NCBI GenBank assembly: GCA_964357635.1
Contig: CAYHLZ010000004.1
Location: 1 to 41,060, forward strand
Length of the DNA: 41,060 nucleotides
Source: an uncultured Candidatus Saccharibacteria bacterium
GTDB taxonomy: Bacteria; Patescibacteriota; Minisyncoccia; Phycocordibacterales; Zambryskibacteraceae
Direction of reading: 5' to 3'
Both the position numbers and the translations under genes were made by a program. This document shows positions 7,893-17,894 of this stretch, in pieces (position 1 is the stretch's first letter; the number at the start of each line of letters is the position of its first letter). The notes under the pieces were generated by a model, which had not been told where the DNA came from, searched no databases, and saw only the letters and a program-made list of their open reading frames with translations.

Positions 7893-9518
7893 ATGGATCA
7901 TTCTAGCAAAGTAACATATTTTGCAGAGACAGACTCGCGACACAATCGCAATAAATTTGGCATCAAAGCCGAGGACCGTTCCAAACATGTCTATGTCATA
8001 GGTAAGACCGGCATGGGCAAGTCCACCCTGCTTGAGAACATGGCCATTCAGGACATTCAGAATGGTAATGGCATCGCTTTTATTGATCCCCACGGAGGCA
8101 CAGCAGAAAAACTTTTGGAATACATCCCAAAAGAGCGCGCTAAAGATGTTTTATATTTTGCACCCTTTGACATGGAGCACCCTGTATCTTTCAACGTTAT
8201 GGAAGACGTGGGGGCAAGCAAACGCCACCTAGTGGTCAACGGCCTCATGTCCGTTTTTGAAAAAATTTGGGAAGATGCTTGGTCAGCTCGTATGGCCTAC
8301 ATTCTCCAGAACACACTTCTCGCTCTTCTTGAGTATCCTGGAGCCACGCTCTTGGCCGTCAACAGAATGTATACAGACAAGGAATTTAGAAACAAAGTGG
8401 TTGCAAACGTTACCGATGTCTCGGTAAAAAGTTTTTGGATTGACGAGTATGCCAAATATACCGATAAATATGCTCAAGAAGCCACTCCTGCAATCCAGAA
8501 CAAAATCGGCCAATTTGCCGGCAACCCTTTGATTAGAAACATCATTGGTCAACCGAAATCAAGTTTTAATCTCAGAGAGATTATGGATGAGAAGAAAATA
8601 ATGATTGTAAACTTATCCAAAGGTAGAGTGGGTGAGGGCAATGCGCGCCTGCTTGGCTCCATGCTTATCACCAAGCTTTATCTCGCTGCCATGTCTCGTT
8701 CTGATGAGAAATCTTCAAACCTCGCCAAGCTACCGCAGTTTTACCTCTTTGTAGACGAGTTTCAATCTTTTGCTGATAGGTCATTTACCGATATTTTGTC
8801 GGAGTCTCGTAAATATAAACTCAACCTAACTATCGCTCACCAGTATATAGAGCAGATGGATGAAGAAGTGCGTGATGCCGTCTTCGGTAACGTTGGCACC
8901 ATGATAGTTTTTCGAGTTGGGGCTTACGATGCCGATGTTTTGGAAAAAGAATTTGCACCAGTCTTTACCGCAGAAGATCTTGTAAACTTAGGACTGCGTC
9001 AAATTTATCTTAAACTAATGATAGACTCGGTAACCTCACAACCATTTTCTGCCACCACACTTGCTCCTATCAAACTTCCAGAGGCCTCATATGTTGATGA
9101 AATTATTGAACACTCAAGAAAAGCATTTTCCAGACCAAGAGCCGATGTTGAAAAAAGCATTACGGACTGGCACGAAGAGGGTCGACTACAAGCACCAGCA
9201 AAAACGCACCCGCCTAAAGTAACAAGTAATCCTCATGTAATTAAACCCCAACCGCGCCCTTATATACCTCCGCCGTCGCCAAACCCTCCTCCGCGCCAAA
9301 CGCCACCTCAACCTCCTCCACCACCACAAAATATCTCTCTGGATAGTTTGAAAAAAAAGACTGATAATCAGCGTAAACCTGGGGCGGAGCACGTTTCTGC
9401 TCTTAGAGACGCACTGAAAACAGCGATGAAAAATCAACCAGAACCACAGAAGAGCAATGAGGTCTCTCAAAAAAAAGAACCAAGCCCAGAAGAGCTCAAG
9501 AAAATTCTCGATGTCTAA
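7893..9518 (+). CDS. TraD/TrwB/VirD4-like (HerA-FtsK superfamily) ATPase with Pro-rich C-terminal linker
   Basis: Walker A IGKTGMGKST, FIDPHG, Walker B LFVDEFQ, ESRKYKL, AHQY and FGNVGT. Start placed at ATG 7893, downstream of TATAAT. Confidence 0.85.
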   Translation: MDHSSKVTYFAETDSRHNRNKFGIKAEDRSKHVYVIGKTGMGKSTLLENMAIQDIQNGNGIAFIDPHGGTAEKLLEYIPKERAKDVLYFAPFDMEHPVSFNVMEDVGASKRHLVVNGLMSVFEKIWEDAWSARMAYILQNTLLALLEYPGATLLAVNRMYTDKEFRNKVVANVTDVSVKSFWIDEYAKYTDKYAQEATPAIQNKIGQFAGNPLIRNIIGQPKSSFNLREIMDEKKIMIVNLSKGRVGEGNARLLGSMLITKLYLAAMSRSDEKSSNLAKLPQFYLFVDEFQSFADRSFTDILSESRKYKLNLTIAHQYIEQMDEEVRDAVFGNVGTMIVFRVGAYDADVLEKEFAPVFTAEDLVNLGLRQIYLKLMIDSVTSQPFSATTLAPIKLPEASYVDEIIEHSRKAFSRPRADVEKSITDWHEEGRLQAPAKTHPPKVTSNPHVIKPQPRPYIPPPSPNPPPRQTPPQPPPPPQNISLDSLKKKTDNQRKPGAEHVSALRDALKTAMKNQPEPQKSNEVSQKKEPSPEELKKILDV

Positions 9519-10530
9519 AGGCAGGATTCTCATCACCACAGGCATATATCCACCCAAAATTGGGGGACCAGCCCAATATGCTAAAAATTTGCGGGAAGTT
9601 TGGGGTAAGAAAGGATATTTGGTTAAGGTTAAAACTTTTCATCTTGAAAATTATCTACCTACTGGCATAAGACACCTTTTCTTTTTCTTTAAAATTATTC
9701 CTGCTGTTTCAACAAGCGACTTTATCCTGGCACTGGATACTTTCTCTGTTGGTTTCCCAACTGTTTTGGCAGGAAAAATATTTGGGAAGATTGTTGTTAT
9801 CCGGACAGGAGGAGACTTTCTTTGGGAAGGTTATATAGAAAGAACTGGTAAAAAAGTTCTTTTCAGGAATTTTTACATCCAAGAAAAAGATAATCTAAAT
9901 CTCAAGGAGAAACTAATTTTCAAACTTACCCGCCTTACTCTAAACAATGCATCAAAAGTTGTTTTCTCAACAACATGGCAGAGAGATATTTTTGTCTCCG
10001 CTTATGCTTTGGACACAAAGAAGACAGGTATCATAGAAAACTATTATGGGACAAAAGAAGGAGATTTTGAGTTTAATTCAAAAACATTTATAGCATCAAC
10101 TAGAAATTTGAAATGGAAAAATCTAGACATACTCAAAAATGTTTTTTATAAAAAGGATTCTATAATACCGAAAGATATTAATCTCCTTACGACCACTTCA
10201 GAATTTGAGAGTTTTATGGAAAAGGTTAAAAATTCTTACGCAGTCATTCTTGTCTCTTTAGGTGACATTAGTCCAAACTTAATACTTGATGCCATTCGTT
10301 TAAACAAACCCTTTATCTGTACCAAAGAAGTTGGGATTTTTGACAGGATAAAAGATATCGGCATTTTTGTTAACCCCCTTGATGAGAAAGAGATTGAGGG
10401 CGCTGTTCTTAAACTATTGGATGCTCTAGAGTATAAAAAATGGCAAGATAAGGTGAGAAGTTTTAATTTTGTCCATACTTGGGACGAAATGGCTGATGAG
10501 TATATACGGCTTAAAACTTCAACAAAATGA
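9511..10530 (+). CDS. Glycosyltransferase family 4 (divergent)
   Basis: ILITTGIYPPKIGGPAQY N-terminus and C-terminal DISPNLILDA, a variant of the E-x7-E motif. Confidence 0.75.
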   Translation: MSKGRILITTGIYPPKIGGPAQYAKNLREVWGKKGYLVKVKTFHLENYLPTGIRHLFFFFKIIPAVSTSDFILALDTFSVGFPTVLAGKIFGKIVVIRTGGDFLWEGYIERTGKKVLFRNFYIQEKDNLNLKEKLIFKLTRLTLNNASKVVFSTTWQRDIFVSAYALDTKKTGIIENYYGTKEGDFEFNSKTFIASTRNLKWKNLDILKNVFYKKDSIIPKDINLLTTTSEFESFMEKVKNSYAVILVSLGDISPNLILDAIRLNKPFICTKEVGIFDRIKDIGIFVNPLDEKEIEGAVLKLLDALEYKKWQDKVRSFNFVHTWDEMADEYIRLKTSTK

Positions 10531-11666
10531 AGGTTTTAATGATATCAAGCGACAGAAATATTTTAACTCCAGATAGCGCTGTTTCAGAGCGCATGAAGGA
10601 ATACGGAAAACTAGTAGAGAAGCTATACATTGTACTTTTATCGGACAGGAGTCACGGATTAAAAGAAAAACAAATTAGTGAAAATGTTTGGGTATATCCG
10701 ACAAACTCTTCAGGCGCTCTTTCAAGACCTATGGATGCCAGTCGGATAGGTAAAAAAATTGTATTTGAAAAGAAATTTATTAGAGGCAAATCATTAGTTA
10801 CTACACAGGATCCATTTGAATGCGGTTGGGCGGGACTCCAAGTGAAGAAGAAGTGGAGAATTGCACTTGAGGTTCAGCTCCATACTGACCCATTCTCAAG
10901 GTACTTTAGCGGATTCCAAAACAGAGTGCGAAAATTATTTGTTGGCGGAATATTACGTAACGCTGATAGCATTAGAGTGGTAAGCGCCGATCTTAAATCC
11001 AGAATCTCTAAATTTAGCACAGCTTCCATCAGGGTTTTGCCGATTTACATAGATCAGAAGAAAATTGAAGATGCCCAAATCACCTTTGATCTTCGGGCTC
11101 GCTACCCTTGGCACTTTGTTCTACTTTCAGTCTCTCGTCTTGCGCCAGAAAAAAATCTAGAACTTGCTATTAGGATACTTTCAACTGTAAGAAAAAAGTT
11201 TCCTGGGACAGGTCTTGTGATAGTCGGTTCTGGTCCCGAGGAAGGCAAACTAAGAAAGCTTGTAAAAAAACTAGAGCTTGGTGGTGCTGTTGAATTTGCC
11301 GGCTGGCAAGAAAACTTGGCTTCATATTACAAAACTGCCAATGTTTTTCTTCAAACATCTCTTTTTGAGGGATATGGTTTATCTCTTATAGAAGCGGCTC
11401 TCTCTGGTCTACCTGTCATTACCACACCAGTAGGCATTGCTCTACAGCTTGAGCACGGCAGAGATGCTTATATTTATCCAGCGAGTGGAGTAGAAATGTT
11501 TGCAAATGGAATAATAGATTTGATAGAAAATAATCATAAACGCGATAACCTGCGCATTAACATGAGGCATACTTTGTCAACCAAGCTTATTTCTAAAGAC
11601 GATTATATGGCTCAAATAAAGGATATTTGGGAGAAAACAGCACAAAGTGTACAAATAAAAGAATAA
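10527..11666 (+). CDS. Glycosyltransferase family 4
   Basis: SRLAPEKN, IVGSGP and SLFEGYGLSLIEAALSGLPVITT. Confidence 0.9.
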   Translation: MKVLMISSDRNILTPDSAVSERMKEYGKLVEKLYIVLLSDRSHGLKEKQISENVWVYPTNSSGALSRPMDASRIGKKIVFEKKFIRGKSLVTTQDPFECGWAGLQVKKKWRIALEVQLHTDPFSRYFSGFQNRVRKLFVGGILRNADSIRVVSADLKSRISKFSTASIRVLPIYIDQKKIEDAQITFDLRARYPWHFVLLSVSRLAPEKNLELAIRILSTVRKKFPGTGLVIVGSGPEEGKLRKLVKKLELGGAVEFAGWQENLASYYKTANVFLQTSLFEGYGLSLIEAALSGLPVITTPVGIALQLEHGRDAYIYPASGVEMFANGIIDLIENNHKRDNLRINMRHTLSTKLISKDDYMAQIKDIWEKTAQSVQIKE

Positions 11667-12589
11667 TGAGAATTTTAGTAATTACTCAAAAAATAGATAA
11701 AAATGATCCGGTACTCGGCTTTTTTCATCGATGGGTAGAGGAGTTTGCTAAACATTTTGAGTCTGTAGTAGTTATTTGTTTAGGAGTAGGGACTCATAGT
11801 TTGCCAAAAAATGTTAAGGTACTCTCTCTTGGAAAAGATGAGGGAGGGTCAAGGCTTAAATATATTTTCAGATTTTATAAATATATTTGGCAGGAAAGGA
11901 AAAATTACGATAGCGTGTTTGTGCATATGAATCAGGAGTACATTATCCTCGGCTGGAAGTTTTGGAAGTTGTGGGGTAGAAAGATTTATCTTTGGCGCAA
12001 TCATGCTAAGGGCAATTTCTTTACGAGACTGGCGATACTTTTTTCGGAAAAAGTGTTTTACACCTCTCCAAGCTCTTTCACTGCCCGTTTTAAGAAAAGT
12101 GTTATCATGCCTGTCGGGATAGATACCAATTTTTTCAAACCGGATTTATCCGTTGTTAAAAAACCCAATTCAATCCTTTTTCTCGGAAGGATTGCCCCAG
12201 TTAAAAGAGCACTAGAATTTGTTGAATGGTTTAATAAACTTGAAGAAAAATTTATCGCGACCGTAGCCGGGGAAGCCTTACCCAAAGATAAGGGATATGA
12301 AAAACTTGTTAAAAGTCGAGCGTCGGAGAAAATCAAGTTTATCGGTTCGGTGAGCCAGTATGAGGCAAAGAAACTCTACCAATCACACGAAACTTATGTG
12401 AACATGACACCTGCGGGCAGCTTCGACAAAACAATTCTAGAGGCGGCCGCCTCTGGAACGTCCGTAATCGTCGATAATACTGACCTTAAAATCTTGGAAG
12501 GGAAGTCTGGGAAAGAGCTGAGAGATTTCGTGGTTAATAATCATAGTCTTGAACTTCTAGTGAACCGGTTAAGATCCGAATTATCATAA
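11666..12589 (+). CDS. Glycosyltransferase family 4
   Basis: LFLGRIAPVK and GSFDKTILEAAASG. Start at 11666 overlaps the upstream stop (TAATG). Confidence 0.85.
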   Translation: MRILVITQKIDKNDPVLGFFHRWVEEFAKHFESVVVICLGVGTHSLPKNVKVLSLGKDEGGSRLKYIFRFYKYIWQERKNYDSVFVHMNQEYIILGWKFWKLWGRKIYLWRNHAKGNFFTRLAILFSEKVFYTSPSSFTARFKKSVIMPVGIDTNFFKPDLSVVKKPNSILFLGRIAPVKRALEFVEWFNKLEEKFIATVAGEALPKDKGYEKLVKSRASEKIKFIGSVSQYEAKKLYQSHETYVNMTPAGSFDKTILEAAASGTSVIVDNTDLKILEGKSGKELRDFVVNNHSLELLVNRLRSELS

Positions 12590-12624
12590 AAGACGTAATC
12601 TGTTATGATTGCACAATAATAAAT

Positions 12625-13368
12625 ATGAAACTTTTGGGAAAAAATTTTAAAGTCAGCTACGCTTACCCCCTGGGTTATCCAGTCAAGGTAGTGAGCAGAA
12701 ACTTCGGCATAAGAGCGTTACTAGGATGGTTATTTCAGAAATATGCTGCCACTGCCCCTACGGAGGAACTACTAATATCAGAACGGATTATTGAACTTCC
12801 CCTTCTACATCAGTGGTTTAGCCAGTCTTTTAAAGGGCCAGGAGTTGAGGTCCTTGAAATAGGCCATGTGGCAAGTAGTGTGTCACTCGAGCTTGCTAGT
12901 CTCGGGCACTTCGTTACCGGAATTGATTTGAGACCTTATCCATTCACACATCCTAACCTAAAGAGTCTGGTGGGAGACTTCTTAGAATATAATTTCCCCA
13001 AGTCCTTTGATTGCATTTACTCACTCTCCACCATCGAGCATTTTGGTTTTACCGAAAGGTATGACAACAAAGAGAATGTAGATAATCGAATGGATGAAGA
13101 GGCTTTTGCCAAGATAGCAAAGTTATTGAAGTCGTCTGGGAGAGCTATTATTAGCGTACCCTTTGAGCACACGCTTGTTCCTAGCACATGGTTTCGTATT
13201 TATACCCGTGATGAGTTAAATAAAAAACTTTCAAAATATTTTAATATTATTGAACAGAGATTCTATAGAAGGGATAACAACCAGTGGAGCCAAGCAATAG
13301 AGCACTCTAGAGATCCTGTTTCTGCTAGAGACGGAGTAGCCATATTTCTCTTGTCCAAAAAGAATTGA
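12625..13368 (+). CDS. Class I SAM-dependent methyltransferase
   Basis: VLEIG, VTGIDL, FDCIYSLSTIEHFG and LKSSGRAIISVP. Confidence 0.8.
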   Translation: MKLLGKNFKVSYAYPLGYPVKVVSRNFGIRALLGWLFQKYAATAPTEELLISERIIELPLLHQWFSQSFKGPGVEVLEIGHVASSVSLELASLGHFVTGIDLRPYPFTHPNLKSLVGDFLEYNFPKSFDCIYSLSTIEHFGFTERYDNKENVDNRMDEEAFAKIAKLLKSSGRAIISVPFEHTLVPSTWFRIYTRDELNKKLSKYFNIIEQRFYRRDNNQWSQAIEHSRDPVSARDGVAIFLLSKKN

Positions 13369-14501
13369 TGAAGAAAAACAAACTCACTTATATAGCCAAT
13401 CTTCGCCTGCCTACCGAGAGAGCGCACAGCATTCAAATTATGAAAATGTGTGAAGCTTTCGTTTCAGAAGGAATCGAGGTAGAGCTTGTCGTGCCAGATA
13501 AAAAGAACAATCTTGGTGAGTCGGAAGTATTTAAGTATTACGGAATTAAAAATCTTTTTAAAATTAAAAGAATTTCCAGCACTGATTTACTAGGAAAAAC
13601 TAGATTTTTTGGAAAATTATTTTATTGGATAGATTTAGTAACCTTCCTGATCGGATTGCATTTGGCTGTAAAAATTGAAGGAGAAAGCATTATTTATAGT
13701 CGCGACCCCATACTGTTTCTTCCATTTTTAAGAATGGAGAAGTGCTCAATGTGGGCAGAAATTCATGATATACCAAAGCACCAGCTCCTCTTTTTTAGAT
13801 TGTTGAGACGTGTCGCTGGTGTGGTTGTTATCACCAAGCACCTAAAGAGGATTCTAGTAGAAATGGGTCTTGGGGAAAGTAAAATTATGGTGGCACCAGA
13901 TGCGGTAGACACAGAAGGTTTCAACATTAGCGTGTCTCAGAAAAAAATTAGACAGAAATTGGGTATTCCTCTCGATAGAAAAGTTGTAATGTACACAGGA
14001 CTTTTTGATGAGTGGAAGGGGTATAGAACTCTCCTTGAAGCATCACTTCTTCTGTCTCCCGAAATTAAGATAGTTATGATGGGGGGCACACCAGAACAGG
14101 TAAATCACTTGAGGGGGGAGTATCCAAAGGTTATTTTTTGGGGCTTCAGACCATATAATGAACTGGCAGAGAACCAAAGAGCCGCCGACATTCTTGTTGT
14201 TCCAAATTCGGATAAAGTAATGATCTCTAAATATTTTACATCTCCTCTCAAACTTTTTGCCTACATGACAAGTGGTGTGCCGATTATTGCTTCAGATTTA
14301 CCATCCTTGCGAGAAATAGTTGATGAATCAACAGTATTTTTTTTCACCTCTGACGACCCCAAGAGCCTCGCTAATACTATAAATTACATATTGAGTAATC
14401 CCAATGATGCAAATAAAAAGGCTGAGCAGGCATTGATTAGGGTTAGAGAGTATTCTTGGCAAAATAGAGCGAGAAAAATATTAGAATTCATTCATGTTTA
14501 A
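13368..14501 (+). CDS. Glycosyltransferase family 4
   Basis: PTERAHSIQIMKMCEAF, YTGLFDEWKG and SPLKLFAYMTSGVPIIASDLP. Confidence 0.9.
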   Translation: MKKNKLTYIANLRLPTERAHSIQIMKMCEAFVSEGIEVELVVPDKKNNLGESEVFKYYGIKNLFKIKRISSTDLLGKTRFFGKLFYWIDLVTFLIGLHLAVKIEGESIIYSRDPILFLPFLRMEKCSMWAEIHDIPKHQLLFFRLLRRVAGVVVITKHLKRILVEMGLGESKIMVAPDAVDTEGFNISVSQKKIRQKLGIPLDRKVVMYTGLFDEWKGYRTLLEASLLLSPEIKIVMMGGTPEQVNHLRGEYPKVIFWGFRPYNELAENQRAADILVVPNSDKVMISKYFTSPLKLFAYMTSGVPIIASDLPSLREIVDESTVFFFTSDDPKSLANTINYILSNPNDANKKAEQALIRVREYSWQNRARKILEFIHV

Positions 14502-15132
14502 AAAAATTACTCGTAGAAATCTTGAAGAGTTTCTTAAAAGATATGCAACAAAAAGTAGAGTGCTTGATGTCGGTTCCGGCGGGTCATCGTATCAAAAATT
14601 TTTCCCTAATCGCGTTACTGTTGATATTGATCCCAATAGAGAGCCAGACGTAATAGGGGATGCGCATGCTCTGCCATTTAAAGATGGAGAATTTGAGACC
14701 GTACTCTGTACAGAAGTTCTCGAGCACGTGAAAAATCCTTTTGATGTTGAGAAGGAGTTCTGGCGAGTACTCAAGCCTGGTGGCATACTCGTACTCTCAA
14801 CAAGATTTATTTTTCCGATACACGATGCTCCAAATGACTTCTGGCGCTTCACTCGTTATGGATTGAAAATGATATTCAAGCAATGGGAAATTATTGAGCT
14901 TACCGACGAAGCGGCCACCTTTTCGACCCTAGCTGTGCTTTTACAGAGAATCTCTTTTCAAACTCGTCTGAGAGCTAATGCGGCAATAAAACTTTTTCTG
15001 TTCGTAAGCGCCTGGGTCTTGGATCATACAAACGGTCTTGTGATTGAAGAATACGGGGATATAAAGAAAACACGAAAAGAGTATAATATTTTATCATCAG
15101 GATACTATTTGGCTTGCAGGAAAAAACTATAA
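14494..15132 (+). CDS. Class I SAM-dependent methyltransferase (type 11-like)
   Basis: VLDVGSG, GDAHALPF, LCTEVLEHV, RVLKPGG and HDAPNDFWRFT. Confidence 0.88.
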   Translation: MFKKITRRNLEEFLKRYATKSRVLDVGSGGSSYQKFFPNRVTVDIDPNREPDVIGDAHALPFKDGEFETVLCTEVLEHVKNPFDVEKEFWRVLKPGGILVLSTRFIFPIHDAPNDFWRFTRYGLKMIFKQWEIIELTDEAATFSTLAVLLQRISFQTRLRANAAIKLFLFVSAWVLDHTNGLVIEEYGDIKKTRKEYNILSSGYYLACRKKL

Positions 15133-16271
15133 TGAGTACACACACGAGAGCAAAAAACCTAATACTAATTGTCACCGTTTTTTTGAAAGCGCTCGTTACT
15201 GGTGGGGCGCATCGGACTCCGAGTCTCCCGCCCAAGAGTATTGTTGCTATGGTACTGACTAGTAATGTCGGGGACATGATTTTTGCCACATCAGTTTTTC
15301 GGGCCATTAAGGAGAAGTATCCGGATTGCTATCTTACTGTCGTAGGGAGTAAGAAAAATACCATAACTCTGTCGGGCAATAAAGATATTAATAAGTATAT
15401 TGTCATTCCAGCAAGTATCCGAGAACTTATTAATCTTCTTAAGGTGGTAAGGGCAGATTATGGATTTAGTCTGACGACTAGCTCATTTGATATTGCCAGT
15501 ATGTTTCTCTCCGGTATTAAATCAATAGCTTGTTTTGATGTTAAAAACGCCCCAGGAGCACACACCCGATCATATCGTCTTTTAAAAAAGCTTTGCGTAC
15601 AAGTACCTTACTACATCGGTCAATACTGCTCACAAGAATATTTGAGAATTCTTGAACCGATAGGAATATTTTCCAATAACACTGCTAAGTACTTGTTTTA
15701 TGACAAAGAGATAGCGAAGAAATTGAGAGATAGACTTTTAGAAAAAGGGGTTGATCTAGAAAGACAAAAGACTGCAGTAATATCTCCTGGTGCTGGAACC
15801 AAAACAAAACTATGGCCAGCAGAACGGTTTACCGAAGTAGCAGATTTTCTAGCAGAGCACGGTTTTAAAATTGCCGTCATTGGCGGGCCGGGTGATAAAG
15901 AAGAAGTAGAGCTTTTCAAGTCGAAACTAAAGACCAAAGATCTATTAGATGCAGCGAGCTTCTCCTTGGAAGAGTTAATTTATTTCATATCAACATGTAA
16001 ATTACTCGTGGCAAACGACAGTGGACCAGTTTATATGGCCGAGGCGTTTAAAGTTCCAACTCTGGTGGTGGTTGGTCCAACAGATGAATTTGAACACCCC
16101 CCACACGGACCCTTAAACATGGTTGTAACCCCAGATAGAGACAAGGAAGCACCAGAAATGCGCGGTCACATCGTTGGTTACAGCGAGGAGAAGGCCCGTG
16201 AGCAAATAGAACAAGTAACAGTAGAAGAAGTGTTGGCGGCACTTAAAACCCTGCTTCAGAAGATTGTCTAA
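15132..16271 (+). CDS. Glycosyltransferase family 9 (heptosyltransferase-like)
   Basis: NVGDMIF, SPGAGTKTKLWP, LVANDSGPVYMAEA and VGPT. Confidence 0.85.
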   Translation: MSTHTRAKNLILIVTVFLKALVTGGAHRTPSLPPKSIVAMVLTSNVGDMIFATSVFRAIKEKYPDCYLTVVGSKKNTITLSGNKDINKYIVIPASIRELINLLKVVRADYGFSLTTSSFDIASMFLSGIKSIACFDVKNAPGAHTRSYRLLKKLCVQVPYYIGQYCSQEYLRILEPIGIFSNNTAKYLFYDKEIAKKLRDRLLEKGVDLERQKTAVISPGAGTKTKLWPAERFTEVADFLAEHGFKIAVIGGPGDKEEVELFKSKLKTKDLLDAASFSLEELIYFISTCKLLVANDSGPVYMAEAFKVPTLVVVGPTDEFEHPPHGPLNMVVTPDRDKEAPEMRGHIVGYSEEKAREQIEQVTVEEVLAALKTLLQKIV

Positions 16272-16292
16272 CAAAGGGTTGTTTGTCCATAT

Positions 16293-16823
16293 TTACCATA
16301 ATTTTCTTTTTAAAATAATATCAATACAGTCGCGCACATACGGAGCAAGAGAGTCACGCATCATAGGATATTCTGCTTCAGTCACAATCATGGGTGATTC
16401 GTGAAGAGAATCAAGTTTTATTTTTCCATCACTTTTTGCCCAGTAGAAGAGATTGAGGGTGTCTGAACCACGACCGTGCCCGTATATATCGCCATGAAAC
16501 ATTGTTCGCGCTGCTCCCAGATACTCCATATCAGAAAGGGTGAGATTGCATTCATCTTGAACTTTTTTACGTAGAGAATCTTCTGTGTTTAAGCCACGTA
16601 AAATTCTGCCTCCGACTGGCCACATCTCGCCCTTGGCTGGTTCGACCAGACGTTTTACCAATAAAATACCACTCTTTTTCCCAATAGTAGTTTTTATAAA
16701 AACATCATGGCAGACAATCACGGTATATTCCTGAATTTTCCTGTATAAATCGTCAGGTATGCGCCCTGTATATAGAATTTCATTTCCCTTTTCAGATTCA
16801 CTGTATTCGGGAAAATTTATCAT
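16293..16823 (-). CDS. Nudix hydrolase (GDP-mannose mannosyl hydrolase-like)
   Basis: LLVKRLVEPAKGEMWPVGGRI and a degenerate Nudix box ending RKKVQDECNL. Divergent from gmd. Confidence 0.72.
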   Translation of the reverse strand: MINFPEYSESEKGNEILYTGRIPDDLYRKIQEYTVIVCHDVFIKTTIGKKSGILLVKRLVEPAKGEMWPVGGRILRGLNTEDSLRKKVQDECNLTLSDMEYLGAARTMFHGDIYGHGRGSDTLNLFYWAKSDGKIKLDSLHESPMIVTEAEYPMMRDSLAPYVRDCIDIILKRKLW

Positions 16824-16882
16824 ATATCAATTATACATTTTTTGACCTGGTTTTAAATGAATGATAAGATTTCAAAGACACA

Positions 16883-17881
16883 ATGAAAACAGCACTTATT
16901 ACGGGTATTACTGGACAAGACGGAGCATATCTAGCAAAGTTTTTGGTAAGCAAGGGTTATCGCGTCTATGGCGGGTATCGCAGAACGAGCACTAGAAATT
17001 TCTGGCGTCTTCATTATCTTGATGTCAAGAAGGATGTGAAACTTATCCCTCTTGACCTTCTCGATCAGACCTCAATTCTTTCCGCAATTAAGGAAAGCAA
17101 CCCCGATGAGATTTATAATCTCGCCGCACAGAGTTTTGTGGGGGCCTCTTTCGACGAGGCGATAGGTACCGGTGAGATCTGCGGATTGGGAGTAACCAGG
17201 ATACTTGATTCTATAAGAATACTAAATCCACGCATAAAATTTTACCAAGCATCAACTTCGGAGATGTTTGGCAACGCTCCGCAACCACAAAGCGAAAAAA
17301 CTCCTTTTGAACCAGCCAGTCCCTACGCCGCCGCCAAACTCTATGCCCACTGGGTAACAAAGAATTACAGAGAAGGTTATCACCTATTTGCCTGTTCCGG
17401 AATTCTATTCAACCACGAGTCGCCGATACGTGGCATAGATTTTGTTACCAAAAAGATTACCGATGGGGTGGCCAGGATTAATTTGGGTTATACGAATTAT
17501 CTTGAATTGGGGAATCTTGAGGCCAAAAGAGATTGGGGCTTCGCTGGAGACTACGTGGAAGCCATGTGGCTGATGCTTCAAGCACCCAAGGCCGATGACT
17601 ATGTCATTGCCACAGGGGAATCACACTCGGTAAGGGAGTTCTGTGAAGAGGCTTTTTCTGTCGCAGGCATGGACTACAACAAATACGTTAGGACTAACAA
17701 GCAATTTATGCGTCCAGTAGATGTCAATTACTTGCTTGGCGATCCATCCAAAGCAAAAAAAGTTCTCAATTGGAAGCCCAAGACAACTTTTAAAGAACTG
17801 GTTGCCATGATGGTAGAAGCTGATACGGCCAAATATAAGGATCCGATTAGATATGCTGAGCAGTTTCTCAAGCATATATAA
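16883..17881 (+). CDS. gmd: GDP-mannose 4,6-dehydratase
   Basis: ITGITGQDGAYL, YNLAAQSFV, YQASTSEMFG, SPYAAAK, GILFNHESP and KRDWGFAGDYV. Confidence 0.95.
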   Translation: MKTALITGITGQDGAYLAKFLVSKGYRVYGGYRRTSTRNFWRLHYLDVKKDVKLIPLDLLDQTSILSAIKESNPDEIYNLAAQSFVGASFDEAIGTGEICGLGVTRILDSIRILNPRIKFYQASTSEMFGNAPQPQSEKTPFEPASPYAAAKLYAHWVTKNYREGYHLFACSGILFNHESPIRGIDFVTKKITDGVARINLGYTNYLELGNLEAKRDWGFAGDYVEAMWLMLQAPKADDYVIATGESHSVREFCEEAFSVAGMDYNKYVRTNKQFMRPVDVNYLLGDPSKAKKVLNWKPKTTFKELVAMMVEADTAKYKDPIRYAEQFLKHI

Positions 17882-17894
17882 TAGCCCAGCCGAC

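Noticed and set aside
7893-9518. Conjugative element or ICE suggested by the TraD-like ATPase
   Set aside because: No relaxase, VirB genes, integrase or att repeats; the context is housekeeping and glycan genes.
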